Below, one piece after another: positions 5,942-12,370 of a stretch of 12,370 bases of DNA; the stretch's first letter is position 1, and each line of letters begins with the position of its first letter. The translations under genes and the position numbers were made by a program. The DNA is from Promethearchaeota archaeon (GTDB lineage: Archaea > Asgardarchaeota > Hermodarchaeia > Hermodarchaeales > Hermodarchaeaceae): the NCBI GenBank assembly GCA_048938295.1, contig JBHLMI010000045.1, positions 1-12,370 of the forward strand. Reading direction: 5' to 3'. Below the pieces are notes generated by a model that saw only the letters and a list, made by a program, of their open reading frames with translations, made no database searches and had not been told where the DNA came from.

Positions 5942-6604
5942 ATGTCAACAGCAAAGAAATCCCCTCAACCGAAAACCTCACCCAAACAAACAGCCTCAGT
6001 GAAGGCTAATGATGCCGGGGCTAAGGCTAAGCCAGCAAAGCCCCTCCCGGCTCCCCAACCAAAGGCAAAGAAGGACAATGTCATGCGACACATCTTCATT
6101 TCAAAGGTAGTCGTAAATATGTCCTTGGGCACCGGGGGTGAACCCCTAGCAAAGGCTAAAACAGTTCTCGAAAATCTAACGGGGCAAAAACCAGCGGATA
6201 TCTTGGCCAAACGCACGAATCGCGACTTTGGACTCCGTCAAGGTGAACCCATGGGCTGTAAAGTGACCCTTCGTGGTGAGAAAGCCAAAGACTTTGCCAA
6301 ACGAGCTTTAGATGTCGCTGACTTCCAAATTCCGGAGAGTGCTATCGACCATTCGGGGAATGTGTCGTTCGGTATTGCTGAACACATTCAGATTCCAGGT
6401 GTCAAATACGATCCCAATCTTGGGATCTTTGGTATGGACGTTGCCATATGCACGGAACGTCCTGGATACCGAATCAATCGGCGACGCCGAGGACGCCATA
6501 GAGTTCCCCGTCGTCACCGGATTACGCCTAGTGAAGCGATGACAGTTCTTGCCACAGAGCTGGGAATCCAATTCACACGACCCGAAATGGAGGAGGAATA
6601 CTAA
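5942..6604 (+). CDS. rpl5: 50S ribosomal protein L5 (uL5) with ~44-aa Lys/Pro/Ala-rich N-terminal extension
   Basis: Core from NVMR..ISKVVVNM; GCKVTLRG; SFGI.EHI.IPGVKYDP..GIFGMDV. Confidence 0.97.
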   Translation: MSTAKKSPQPKTSPKQTASVKANDAGAKAKPAKPLPAPQPKAKKDNVMRHIFISKVVVNMSLGTGGEPLAKAKTVLENLTGQKPADILAKRTNRDFGLRQGEPMGCKVTLRGEKAKDFAKRALDVADFQIPESAIDHSGNVSFGIAEHIQIPGVKYDPNLGIFGMDVAICTERPGYRINRRRRGRHRVPRRHRITPSEAMTVLATELGIQFTRPEMEEEY

Positions 6605-6753
6605 TGTCGCAGGAGAAAAAGCAGGGCAAAGGACACCGCTCATGTAAACGATGCGGGACCCATCGTGCCATTATCCGCAGTTTTAAAATCAGCTTATGTC
6701 GGCGCTGCTTCCGAGAAGTCGCCGAGGAGCTTGGATTTCGTAAATTCAGTTAG
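6604..6753 (+). CDS. rps14: 30S ribosomal protein S14 (uS14), zinc-binding type, 49 aa; absent from the ORF track
   Basis: Hand translation: [49 protein letters not shown]. CxxC...CRRCFRE motif, TAATG overlap with rpl5, conserved position. Confidence 0.96.
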   Translation: MSQEKKQGKGHRSCKRCGTHRAIIRSFKISLCRRCFREVAEELGFRKFS

Positions 6754-6767
6754 AGGTGGAAAAGACA

Positions 6768-7160
6768 ATGACCGTAAAGCAGCCATTGGCAGATGCTTTC
6801 TCAAGCATCATGAATCACGAGCTCCTTCGTAAATCAGAGGTACTCATCGCCCCTGCCTCGAAGAAAATCGGCGCTGCGCTCCGGATTATGCAGCGAATGG
6901 GCTATGTTGGCGAATTCGAATTTATCGACGATGGTAAGGCCGGTATGCTCCGAGTAGAGCTCCTTGGCCGTATAAATCAATGTGGTATTATTAGTCCCCA
7001 CCACGCGGTGAAACGCCACGACTTCGAAGAATGGGAGAAGCGGTTCCTGCCCTCTCGGGCATTCGGCTTCCTCATTGTGTCAACTCCCAAAGGCTTCATG
7101 ACACACCGTGAAGCCGCAGAACAAGGTCATGGAGGACGGCTCATCGCCTACGTCTACTAA
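6768..7160 (+). CDS. rps8: 30S ribosomal protein S8 (uS8)
   Basis: [33 protein letters not shown]...GG.LIAYVY. ATG 6768 preferred over GTG 6756 because GAGGTGG (6753-6759) then serves as SD and the length is 130 aa. Confidence 0.96.
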   Translation: MTVKQPLADAFSSIMNHELLRKSEVLIAPASKKIGAALRIMQRMGYVGEFEFIDDGKAGMLRVELLGRINQCGIISPHHAVKRHDFEEWEKRFLPSRAFGFLIVSTPKGFMTHREAAEQGHGGRLIAYVY

Positions 7161-7175
7161 GCTAAGGAGCGGATT

Positions 7176-7745
7176 GTGACAATGCCAGCTAAAACTACGC
7201 ACTTCGAAAAATTAACTTCTATCTTGGAGAACACCACCGTAACCCTTGATGGAAAGCGTGTGATTGTGCAAGGACCTAAAGGAGAACTCACCCGTGACTT
7301 CAGCCACGTCGACGTAACTATTCAAAAGACCCGAAACAATATCATGGTCTCTGTCGAATATCCCCGGAGCCGACAAATCGCCCTTGTAGGCACCGTCATC
7401 TCCCATATCAGAAACATGATGCTTGGTGTCATCCACGGCGTCACATACAAGATGAAAGTGGTGTACGCCCATTTCCCTCCTAGCGTTAAAGTTGAAGGCG
7501 ATCGCCTTATCGTCGAGAACTTCTATGGCGAGAAAGCTCCCCGCCGTGCCAAAATTCTTCCTGGTGTCAACGTTAGCGTGCATGGTGACGACGTAGTTCT
7601 GGAAGGGATTGACATCGAGCTTGTTGGTCAGACAGCAGCGAATATTCAGAATTCAACTAAGCTCCGTCGGAAAGATCCACGCAAGTTCCAGGATGGGATA
7701 TACGTATACGAAAAACAACTTGGAGAACAGCATTGGAAGCTTTAA
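7176..7745 (+). CDS. rpl6: 50S ribosomal protein L6 (uL6)
   Basis: V.GPKGEL.RDF, YKMKVVYAHFP, ENF.GEK.PR, D.RKFQDGIY. Start could be GTG 7176 or ATG 7182. Confidence 0.96.
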   Translation: MTMPAKTTHFEKLTSILENTTVTLDGKRVIVQGPKGELTRDFSHVDVTIQKTRNNIMVSVEYPRSRQIALVGTVISHIRNMMLGVIHGVTYKMKVVYAHFPPSVKVEGDRLIVENFYGEKAPRRAKILPGVNVSVHGDDVVLEGIDIELVGQTAANIQNSTKLRRKDPRKFQDGIYVYEKQLGEQHWKL

Positions 7746-7766
7746 CCAACCCGGATGTGAAAGATA

Positions 7767-8213
7767 ATGAAAAAGAGTAAACGTGTCAAACAACTTCAAC
7801 GCGAACTATACAAGAAACGGCAGTTAAATCAACGAAAACCGAAGTTTCGGCGTCCGGAGAGTTGGCGGTATAAACGATTAAACGCTAGGTGGCGGCGTCC
7901 CAAGGGCATTGACACTGCCGTTCGGAAACGCGAAAAAAGCCAACCGAAAATGCCCCGCATCGGCTACCGAAGTCCGGTTAAGCTCAGGGACTACCATCCG
8001 TCTGGCATGAAAGAAGTACTCGTTCACAACCTCCAAGAAATGGAAGGGCTTCATCCTAAAATTCATGCTGTCCGAATTGCTCATCGTGTAGGTGATCGCA
8101 AACGAATGGCCATTATTGATCGAGCAGATGACCTTGGTCTTCGGGTAATCAATCCTCAACTCAAATCGGAGATACGCGATCTCCTCGACCTTGACACAGG
8201 GGAGACTAGCTAG
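7767..8213 (+). CDS. rpl32e: 50S ribosomal protein L32e (eL32)
   Basis: KPKFRRPESWRYKRL...WRRPKGID, P.IGY.SP...HPSG..EVLVHN. Confidence 0.97.
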   Translation: MKKSKRVKQLQRELYKKRQLNQRKPKFRRPESWRYKRLNARWRRPKGIDTAVRKREKSQPKMPRIGYRSPVKLRDYHPSGMKEVLVHNLQEMEGLHPKIHAVRIAHRVGDRKRMAIIDRADDLGLRVINPQLKSEIRDLLDLDTGETS

Positions 8214-8228
8214 AAGGTGAGTATAACC

Positions 8229-8678
8229 ATGAATGTTAGAGCCCAACGAAAACTTGCTGCGCGAATTCTTAAAGTCGGTGAAAATCGGGTCTGGATTGAT
8301 CCTGACCGGCTTGATGATGTATCGCTAGCCATTCGCCGCGATGATATCCGCCGGCTAATCCATGAAGGTGCTATCCGCAAGGTGCCAATTCAGGGTGTTA
8401 GCCGTGGTCGAGTAAAGGTTGTTCATCTAAAGCAGAAACGAGGCCTTCGTTCAGGGCCAGGCAGTCGCGAGGGCAAACGTACAGCGAAACTCTCAGGCAA
8501 AGAACGGTGGATGATTAGAATTCGGGCTATCCGCCGACATCTCAAACAGCTCCGAGCTCGCCGGGTCATTAAGCCCCGTGATTACCGACGCTTATACCGA
8601 CTTTCGAAAGGTGGGATGTTTCCCACTATTCGACGAGTCGACATGTATATCCAAGAAAACAAAATGAAGAGGCGATAA
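8229..8678 (+). CDS. rpl19e: 50S ribosomal protein L19e (eL19)
   Basis: QRKLAA.ILKVG.NRVWIDP, R.DIRRLI.EG.I, G.GSR.G, YR.LY...KGG.F. ATG 8229 preferred, with AAGGTGA (8214-8220) as SD. Confidence 0.96.
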   Translation: MNVRAQRKLAARILKVGENRVWIDPDRLDDVSLAIRRDDIRRLIHEGAIRKVPIQGVSRGRVKVVHLKQKRGLRSGPGSREGKRTAKLSGKERWMIRIRAIRRHLKQLRARRVIKPRDYRRLYRLSKGGMFPTIRRVDMYIQENKMKRR

Positions 8679-8681
8679 AAA

Positions 8682-9290
8682 ATGGCACACGGACCACGCT
8701 ACAAAGTACCCTTCCGTCGACGTCGTGAAAGCAAAACCGACTACCATGCACGACGCCGGATGGTAGGCTCGGGACGACCACGCCTAGTCGTACGGAAAAC
8801 CAGTACCCGCGTCATCGTCCAAATCATGGACGCCCTACCGGAAGGAGACAGATGCATCGCAGCGGCTGATTCGCGACAGTTAAGCGAATTTGGCTGGCGC
8901 GCTGGTGTAAAGAACATCCCTGCAGCGTATCTCACAGGATTCTTAGCTGCCAGCCGCGCTCTGAAACTAGGAACAAACACCGCCATTGTTGACATTGGAT
9001 TAACCCAACCAATACCTGGTTCCCGAATCTTTTCAGCTGTCAAGGGTGCCATCGACGCTGGGCTTGACGTTCCGTGCCCAGATAAGATGTATCCAAAGGA
9101 AAAACGTCTTCGAGGCGAACACATCGCTAGCTATGCCAAAGATCTCAGCGAGAACCAGTCCAAAACCTTTCAACGCCAATTCGGAATGGTGTCAAAGGGC
9201 CGAACCGATCTTACTCAGCTCCCAAGCATGTACGATACTACCAAGAAGAATATCACAGCGAAATACACTCGTGGAGGGTCGAAACAATGA
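8682..9290 (+). CDS. rpl18: 50S ribosomal protein L18 (uL18)
   Basis: [44 protein letters not shown]. Confidence 0.98.
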   Translation: MAHGPRYKVPFRRRRESKTDYHARRRMVGSGRPRLVVRKTSTRVIVQIMDALPEGDRCIAAADSRQLSEFGWRAGVKNIPAAYLTGFLAASRALKLGTNTAIVDIGLTQPIPGSRIFSAVKGAIDAGLDVPCPDKMYPKEKRLRGEHIASYAKDLSENQSKTFQRQFGMVSKGRTDLTQLPSMYDTTKKNITAKYTRGGSKQ

Positions 9291-9955
9291 GCCGAAGGCC
9301 GCGACAACAACAGCAACGCCCACGCGGCTTCAATGTCGATGAGTGGGAACCGGTCACAAAAGTTGGCCGACAGGTGAAAGCTGGCGAAATAACCTCACTT
9401 GAAGATCTCTTTCAGTTAGCTCTCCCCATCAAGGAGCCAGAAATCATCGATGTGCTGCTGCCTGACCTTCAAGAAGAAGTCATCGACATCAATTTGGTTC
9501 AAAAACAGACAGATGCTGGTGAAAAATCTCGGTTCAAAGCCACCGTCATTGTAGGTAACGAAAACGGTTTTGTCGGCATTGGCGAATGCAAAGCGCCAGA
9601 AATTGGACCCGCCATTCGGAAAGCCATTCTTCGCGCGAAGCTCAACCTCATTTCAGTTCGCCGAGGATGTGGAAGCTGGGAATGCGGGTGCAACGATCCC
9701 CACTCCGTTCCCTTTCAAGTGAATGGCAAAACAGGAAGCGTTCGCGTGAAGCTTCTTCCTGCGCCTAAAGGCGTCGGGCTAGTTACAGCTGACACAATGA
9801 AAGTTGTCCTTAGGCTAGCTGGCATCAACGATGTATGGTCCCGAACACGTGGTCATACCCGTACGACCCTCAACTTCGCGAAGTCAGTCTTCCGTGCATT
9901 AAAAGAAACCAATCAAATCATGACCCCGCAAGATTGGACTCGGAGAGCTGAATAA
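9287..9955 (+). CDS. rps5: 30S ribosomal protein S5 (uS5)
   Basis: [50 protein letters not shown] overlap with rpl18. Confidence 0.98.
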   Translation: MSRRPRQQQQRPRGFNVDEWEPVTKVGRQVKAGEITSLEDLFQLALPIKEPEIIDVLLPDLQEEVIDINLVQKQTDAGEKSRFKATVIVGNENGFVGIGECKAPEIGPAIRKAILRAKLNLISVRRGCGSWECGCNDPHSVPFQVNGKTGSVRVKLLPAPKGVGLVTADTMKVVLRLAGINDVWSRTRGHTRTTLNFAKSVFRALKETNQIMTPQDWTRRAE

Positions 9956-9956
9956 C

Positions 9957-10451
9957 ATGTCAACAGAAACCCAACAAAATCATCCATTGGTGGTTGTCAT
10001 CCGCATTCGCAGCAGTATTGGCTTGCGCCAAGAAGTCAAAGAAACACTAGCCCTGTTGAGCCTTTCCCGTGTGAATCACGCCGTGGTTCTGGATAAGCGC
10101 CCAACCTATCTAGGGATGTTTCAACGGGCAAAAGATGCCATCACCTGGGGTGAACTTGACGCCCCCACTTTATCGCACCTTCTTCGAAAACGAGGTCGGC
10201 TGATTGGAGAAAAACCTGTTACCGATGAATATGTAGCAAAGCACACCAAATACAAATCCATTGATGAATACGCTAATGCTCTCGTCGCGCAGAAAGAGGA
10301 ATCACTGGCTCTTCCTAAGCTGAAGAAAGTCTTCCGTCTACACCCACCTTCGAAGGGATTTCGAGGAAGTGTGAAACGAACCCTTCAACAGAAGGGTGAA
10401 CTCGGGTATCGCGGTGAGGATATTAATGCCCTCCTCAAACGAATGTCATAA
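9957..10451 (+). CDS. rpl30: 50S ribosomal protein L30 (uL30), archaeal long form
   Basis: VIRIR, TL.LL.L.RVNH.V, ITWGE, FRLHPP.KGF, GELGYRG..IN.LL.RM. Confidence 0.97.
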   Translation: MSTETQQNHPLVVVIRIRSSIGLRQEVKETLALLSLSRVNHAVVLDKRPTYLGMFQRAKDAITWGELDAPTLSHLLRKRGRLIGEKPVTDEYVAKHTKYKSIDEYANALVAQKEESLALPKLKKVFRLHPPSKGFRGSVKRTLQQKGELGYRGEDINALLKRMS

Positions 10452-10483
10452 GAGGGAGAATATGAAAACAGGATGGATGAAAT

Positions 10484-11023
10484 ATGGCTGAAAACGATGA
10501 TCGCCGTAAACGGAAGCGCTGGTGGGATGATGAGTCCACCGATTCACAGTTCGAAGCCCTTCAACGGATGTTTGAAGAAATCATGAAAATGATTTCTGAC
10601 ATTAATCCTGAGGACATGTTTGGTCCCGACGCCGAACACCAACTTGAAGAAATCCTCGAACAGCTCCAAAAGAATCCTATGGTATGGGGCTTCTCTGCAG
10701 GAATCGGACCAGATGGTAAGATACGCTTAAACCCATTTGGTAACCTTAACCCCGAGGGTGGACCACCCGTTGTCCGCGATGAACGTGAACCACTCATTGA
10801 TGTCATGGACCAAGATGACCAGCTCATTATCATTGCAGAACTCCCAGGCGTGAAACGGAATGAAATCAACATCAAAGTGAACGATTATAGTCTAACGCTC
10901 CAGGTGGATTCAAAGGACCGAAAATATGCAAAAGACATTGATCTTCCTGCACCTGTTGATATCGACTCCGTCAAGACCAGTTATCGTAATGGCATCTTAG
11001 AAATCCATCTCAAGAAACGTTAA
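10484..11023 (+). CDS. hsp20: Small heat-shock protein, archaeal Hsp20 family
   Basis: P.VWGFS..IGPDGK....FGN, then alpha-crystallin domain REPLIDV......IIAELPGV....I...LP..VD....K..Y.NGILEI.L.K. Confidence 0.93.
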   Translation: MAENDDRRKRKRWWDDESTDSQFEALQRMFEEIMKMISDINPEDMFGPDAEHQLEEILEQLQKNPMVWGFSAGIGPDGKIRLNPFGNLNPEGGPPVVRDEREPLIDVMDQDDQLIIIAELPGVKRNEINIKVNDYSLTLQVDSKDRKYAKDIDLPAPVDIDSVKTSYRNGILEIHLKKR

Positions 11024-11044
11024 CCTCATAGGAGAGACACAATC

Positions 11045-11725
11045 ATGTCAACACGAAAACCTAAAAAAGTCCGTAAAATGCGTGGGAGCCGGATGCACGG
11101 TTATGGACGAATAGGTCAGCATCGCAAAGCTGGCCAACGCGGTGGCAAAGGCAAAACCGGTGGAAAGAAACACGATTGGACCTATGTAACTGCACATGAC
11201 CCAGACCGCTTCGGCAAACATGGCTTCCAACGTTATACCAAACTCCGTCAAGATCACACCACCATTAATGTGGGCGAGATTGCTCGTAGCCTTCCTCGAT
11301 TCACCGAAGGAAAACCTGCAGCTAAAGGTGAACCCATTTCTATTGATCTGACCACACACGGTTACGATAAAGTGCTTGGAGCCGGATCAATAACGGTTCC
11401 CGTAGCCGTTACTGCTCCAATTTTCACTCACCGAGCAGCCGAGAAAATTAAAGCCGCTGGAGGGAAAATCAAAGGTTCTGTTCAAGAACCCACGAAGCAT
11501 CCTGCCCCTTCTTTAACTCAACCCCCTAAACCTGCACCAAAGCCGACGCCCAAGGCAAAAGTGGAACCGAAAACTAAGCCAAAGAAAGCAGCGAAACCAA
11601 AGAAAATAGCCAAATCGAAGAAGGCAACTAAGTCAAAAACTACGACCAAGTCCACACCGAAGGCCGCTTCCACTAAGGCAAAACCCAAACGAGCGGTAGT
11701 TACAAAAGGAAAAGCGAAGACCTGA
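11045..11725 (+). CDS. rpl15: 50S ribosomal protein L15 (uL15) with ~83-aa Lys-rich C-terminal extension
   Basis: RKMRGSR.HG.G..GQHR..G.RGG.G..G..KH, FGK.GF, GYDKVLGAG, A.EKI..AGG. Tail is aa 144-226. Confidence 0.97.
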   Translation: MSTRKPKKVRKMRGSRMHGYGRIGQHRKAGQRGGKGKTGGKKHDWTYVTAHDPDRFGKHGFQRYTKLRQDHTTINVGEIARSLPRFTEGKPAAKGEPISIDLTTHGYDKVLGAGSITVPVAVTAPIFTHRAAEKIKAAGGKIKGSVQEPTKHPAPSLTQPPKPAPKPTPKAKVEPKTKPKKAAKPKKIAKSKKATKSKTTTKSTPKAASTKAKPKRAVVTKGKAKT

Positions 11726-11727
11726 AC

Positions 11728-11745
11728 CAAAACATAATTAAATAG
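11728..11745 (+). promoter_or_regulatory. Putative internal BRE/TATA promoter for secY (CAAAAC ATAATTAAATAG)
   Basis: TTAAATA at 11738-11744 preceded by an A-rich tract, in the longest intergenic gap of the operon (87 nt). Confidence 0.45.
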
Positions 11746-11812
11746 CAAAACCTTCCGCTGTTCATCTTCGATACGAATTATTTGTAAAAACAATGCTTTT
11801 GGGGCAAACGGC

Positions 11813-12370
11813 ATGAGTCGGTTTCTCAACGCACTGCGTCCATTGGTTCGCATCATGCCAGAGATCAAGGCACCTGACCGGAAGGTCTCGTTCCGCGAAA
11901 AAATCATCTGGACCGCGGTCATCCTCATCTTATACCTCATAATGGCCAGCTTGCCCCTCTATGGCATCAACCAACAATTAGGATTTGACTACTTTTTCTG
12001 GCTTCGCACCATCCTTGCCTCTTCGCGAGGTACTCTCATGGAACTTGGCATCGGTCCCATCGTGACCGCTGGCCTCATCATGCAGCTCCTCGTGGGCTCC
12101 CAACTTATCCGCGTTGACATGTCGGACCCCTATCAGCGGTCGCTCTATACCGGGGCCCAAAAAGTCCTTGCTGTCTTCATGACTGCATTCCAAGCCTTCG
12201 CTTACATCTTCGCCGGTGCTTACGGACAGATCCCTGCGCAACTGCCCATTGGCAGCGCTGTCTTGGTTTTCATCCAATTGATGTTTGCTGGCGTTGTGGT
12301 CATCATGATGGACGAAACCATCCAGAAAGGTTGGGGCCTCGGCAGTGGGGTCAGCCTCTTCATCATGGCC
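11813..12370 (+). CDS. secY: Preprotein translocase subunit SecY (Sec61-alpha type), 3'-truncated by the window edge; absent from the ORF track
   Basis: Hand translation: MSRFLNALRPLVRIMPEIKAPDRKVSFREKIIWT...ASSRGTLMELGIGPIVTAGLIMQLL...DE.IQKGWGLGSGVSLFIMA, 186 codons without a stop. Confidence 0.97.
   Translation, partial: MSRFLNALRPLVRIMPEIKAPDRKVSFREKIIWTAVILILYLIMASLPLYGINQQLGFDYFFWLRTILASSRGTLMELGIGPIVTAGLIMQLLVGSQLIRVDMSDPYQRSLYTGAQKVLAVFMTAFQAFAYIFAGAYGQIPAQLPIGSAVLVFIQLMFAGVVVIMMDETIQKGWGLGSGVSLFIMA

Noticed and set aside
9287-9330. QQQQ run in the uS5 N-terminus, and short acidic C-termini on uL29, uL5, eL32 and uL24
   Set aside because: Short variable termini are common in archaeal r-proteins and too weak to support a claim.
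10632-10642. CCGAACACCAA shared between the omegaRNA scaffold (1610-1620) and hsp20
   Set aside because: Many 11-mer matches are expected by chance in 12 kb (about 18 for uniform composition), and it is scaffold, not guide.
10671-10678. AGAATCCT partial match to the guide within hsp20
   Set aside because: Only 8 nt and lacks the 5' seed bases, so chance level.
11518-11940. 140-aa antisense ORF over the rpl15 tail and secY start
   Set aside because: Same shadow effect from the Lys-rich tail, overlapping two well-supported genes.

Overview
All genes are on the + strand. The window holds an archaeal S10/spc ribosomal-protein cluster (sequences look TACK/Asgard-like, which is inference): rpl22, rps3, rpl29, rnp1, rps17, rpl14, rpl24, rps4e, rpl5, rps14 (missed by the ORF track), rps8, rpl6, rpl32e, rpl19e, rpl18, rps5, rpl30, an inserted Hsp20, rpl15, and the 5' part of secY (also missed, runs off the window). 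Upstream lie the 3' part of a Trm112-like gene and a solo, catalytically intact tnpB with an IS607-like right end and no tnpA. The main signals are: (1) the tnpB element is bracketed by an exact 13-bp direct repeat (TAGCAGAATCCTT, 357-369 and 1656-1668), unexpected for IS607/IS605 transposition; the right copy is both the predicted omegaRNA guide and part of the BRE/TATA promoter of the r-protein operon, and the left copy is a 13-nt self-match beside the putative tnpB promoter; (2) a structured ~100-nt leader precedes rpl22; (3) uS3, uL5 and uL15 carry Lys/Pro/Ala-rich, almost Arg-free extensions, about 210 aa on uS3; (4) a small heat-shock protein gene sits between rpl30 and rpl15. All calls come from reading the sequence; no searches or folding programs were run.
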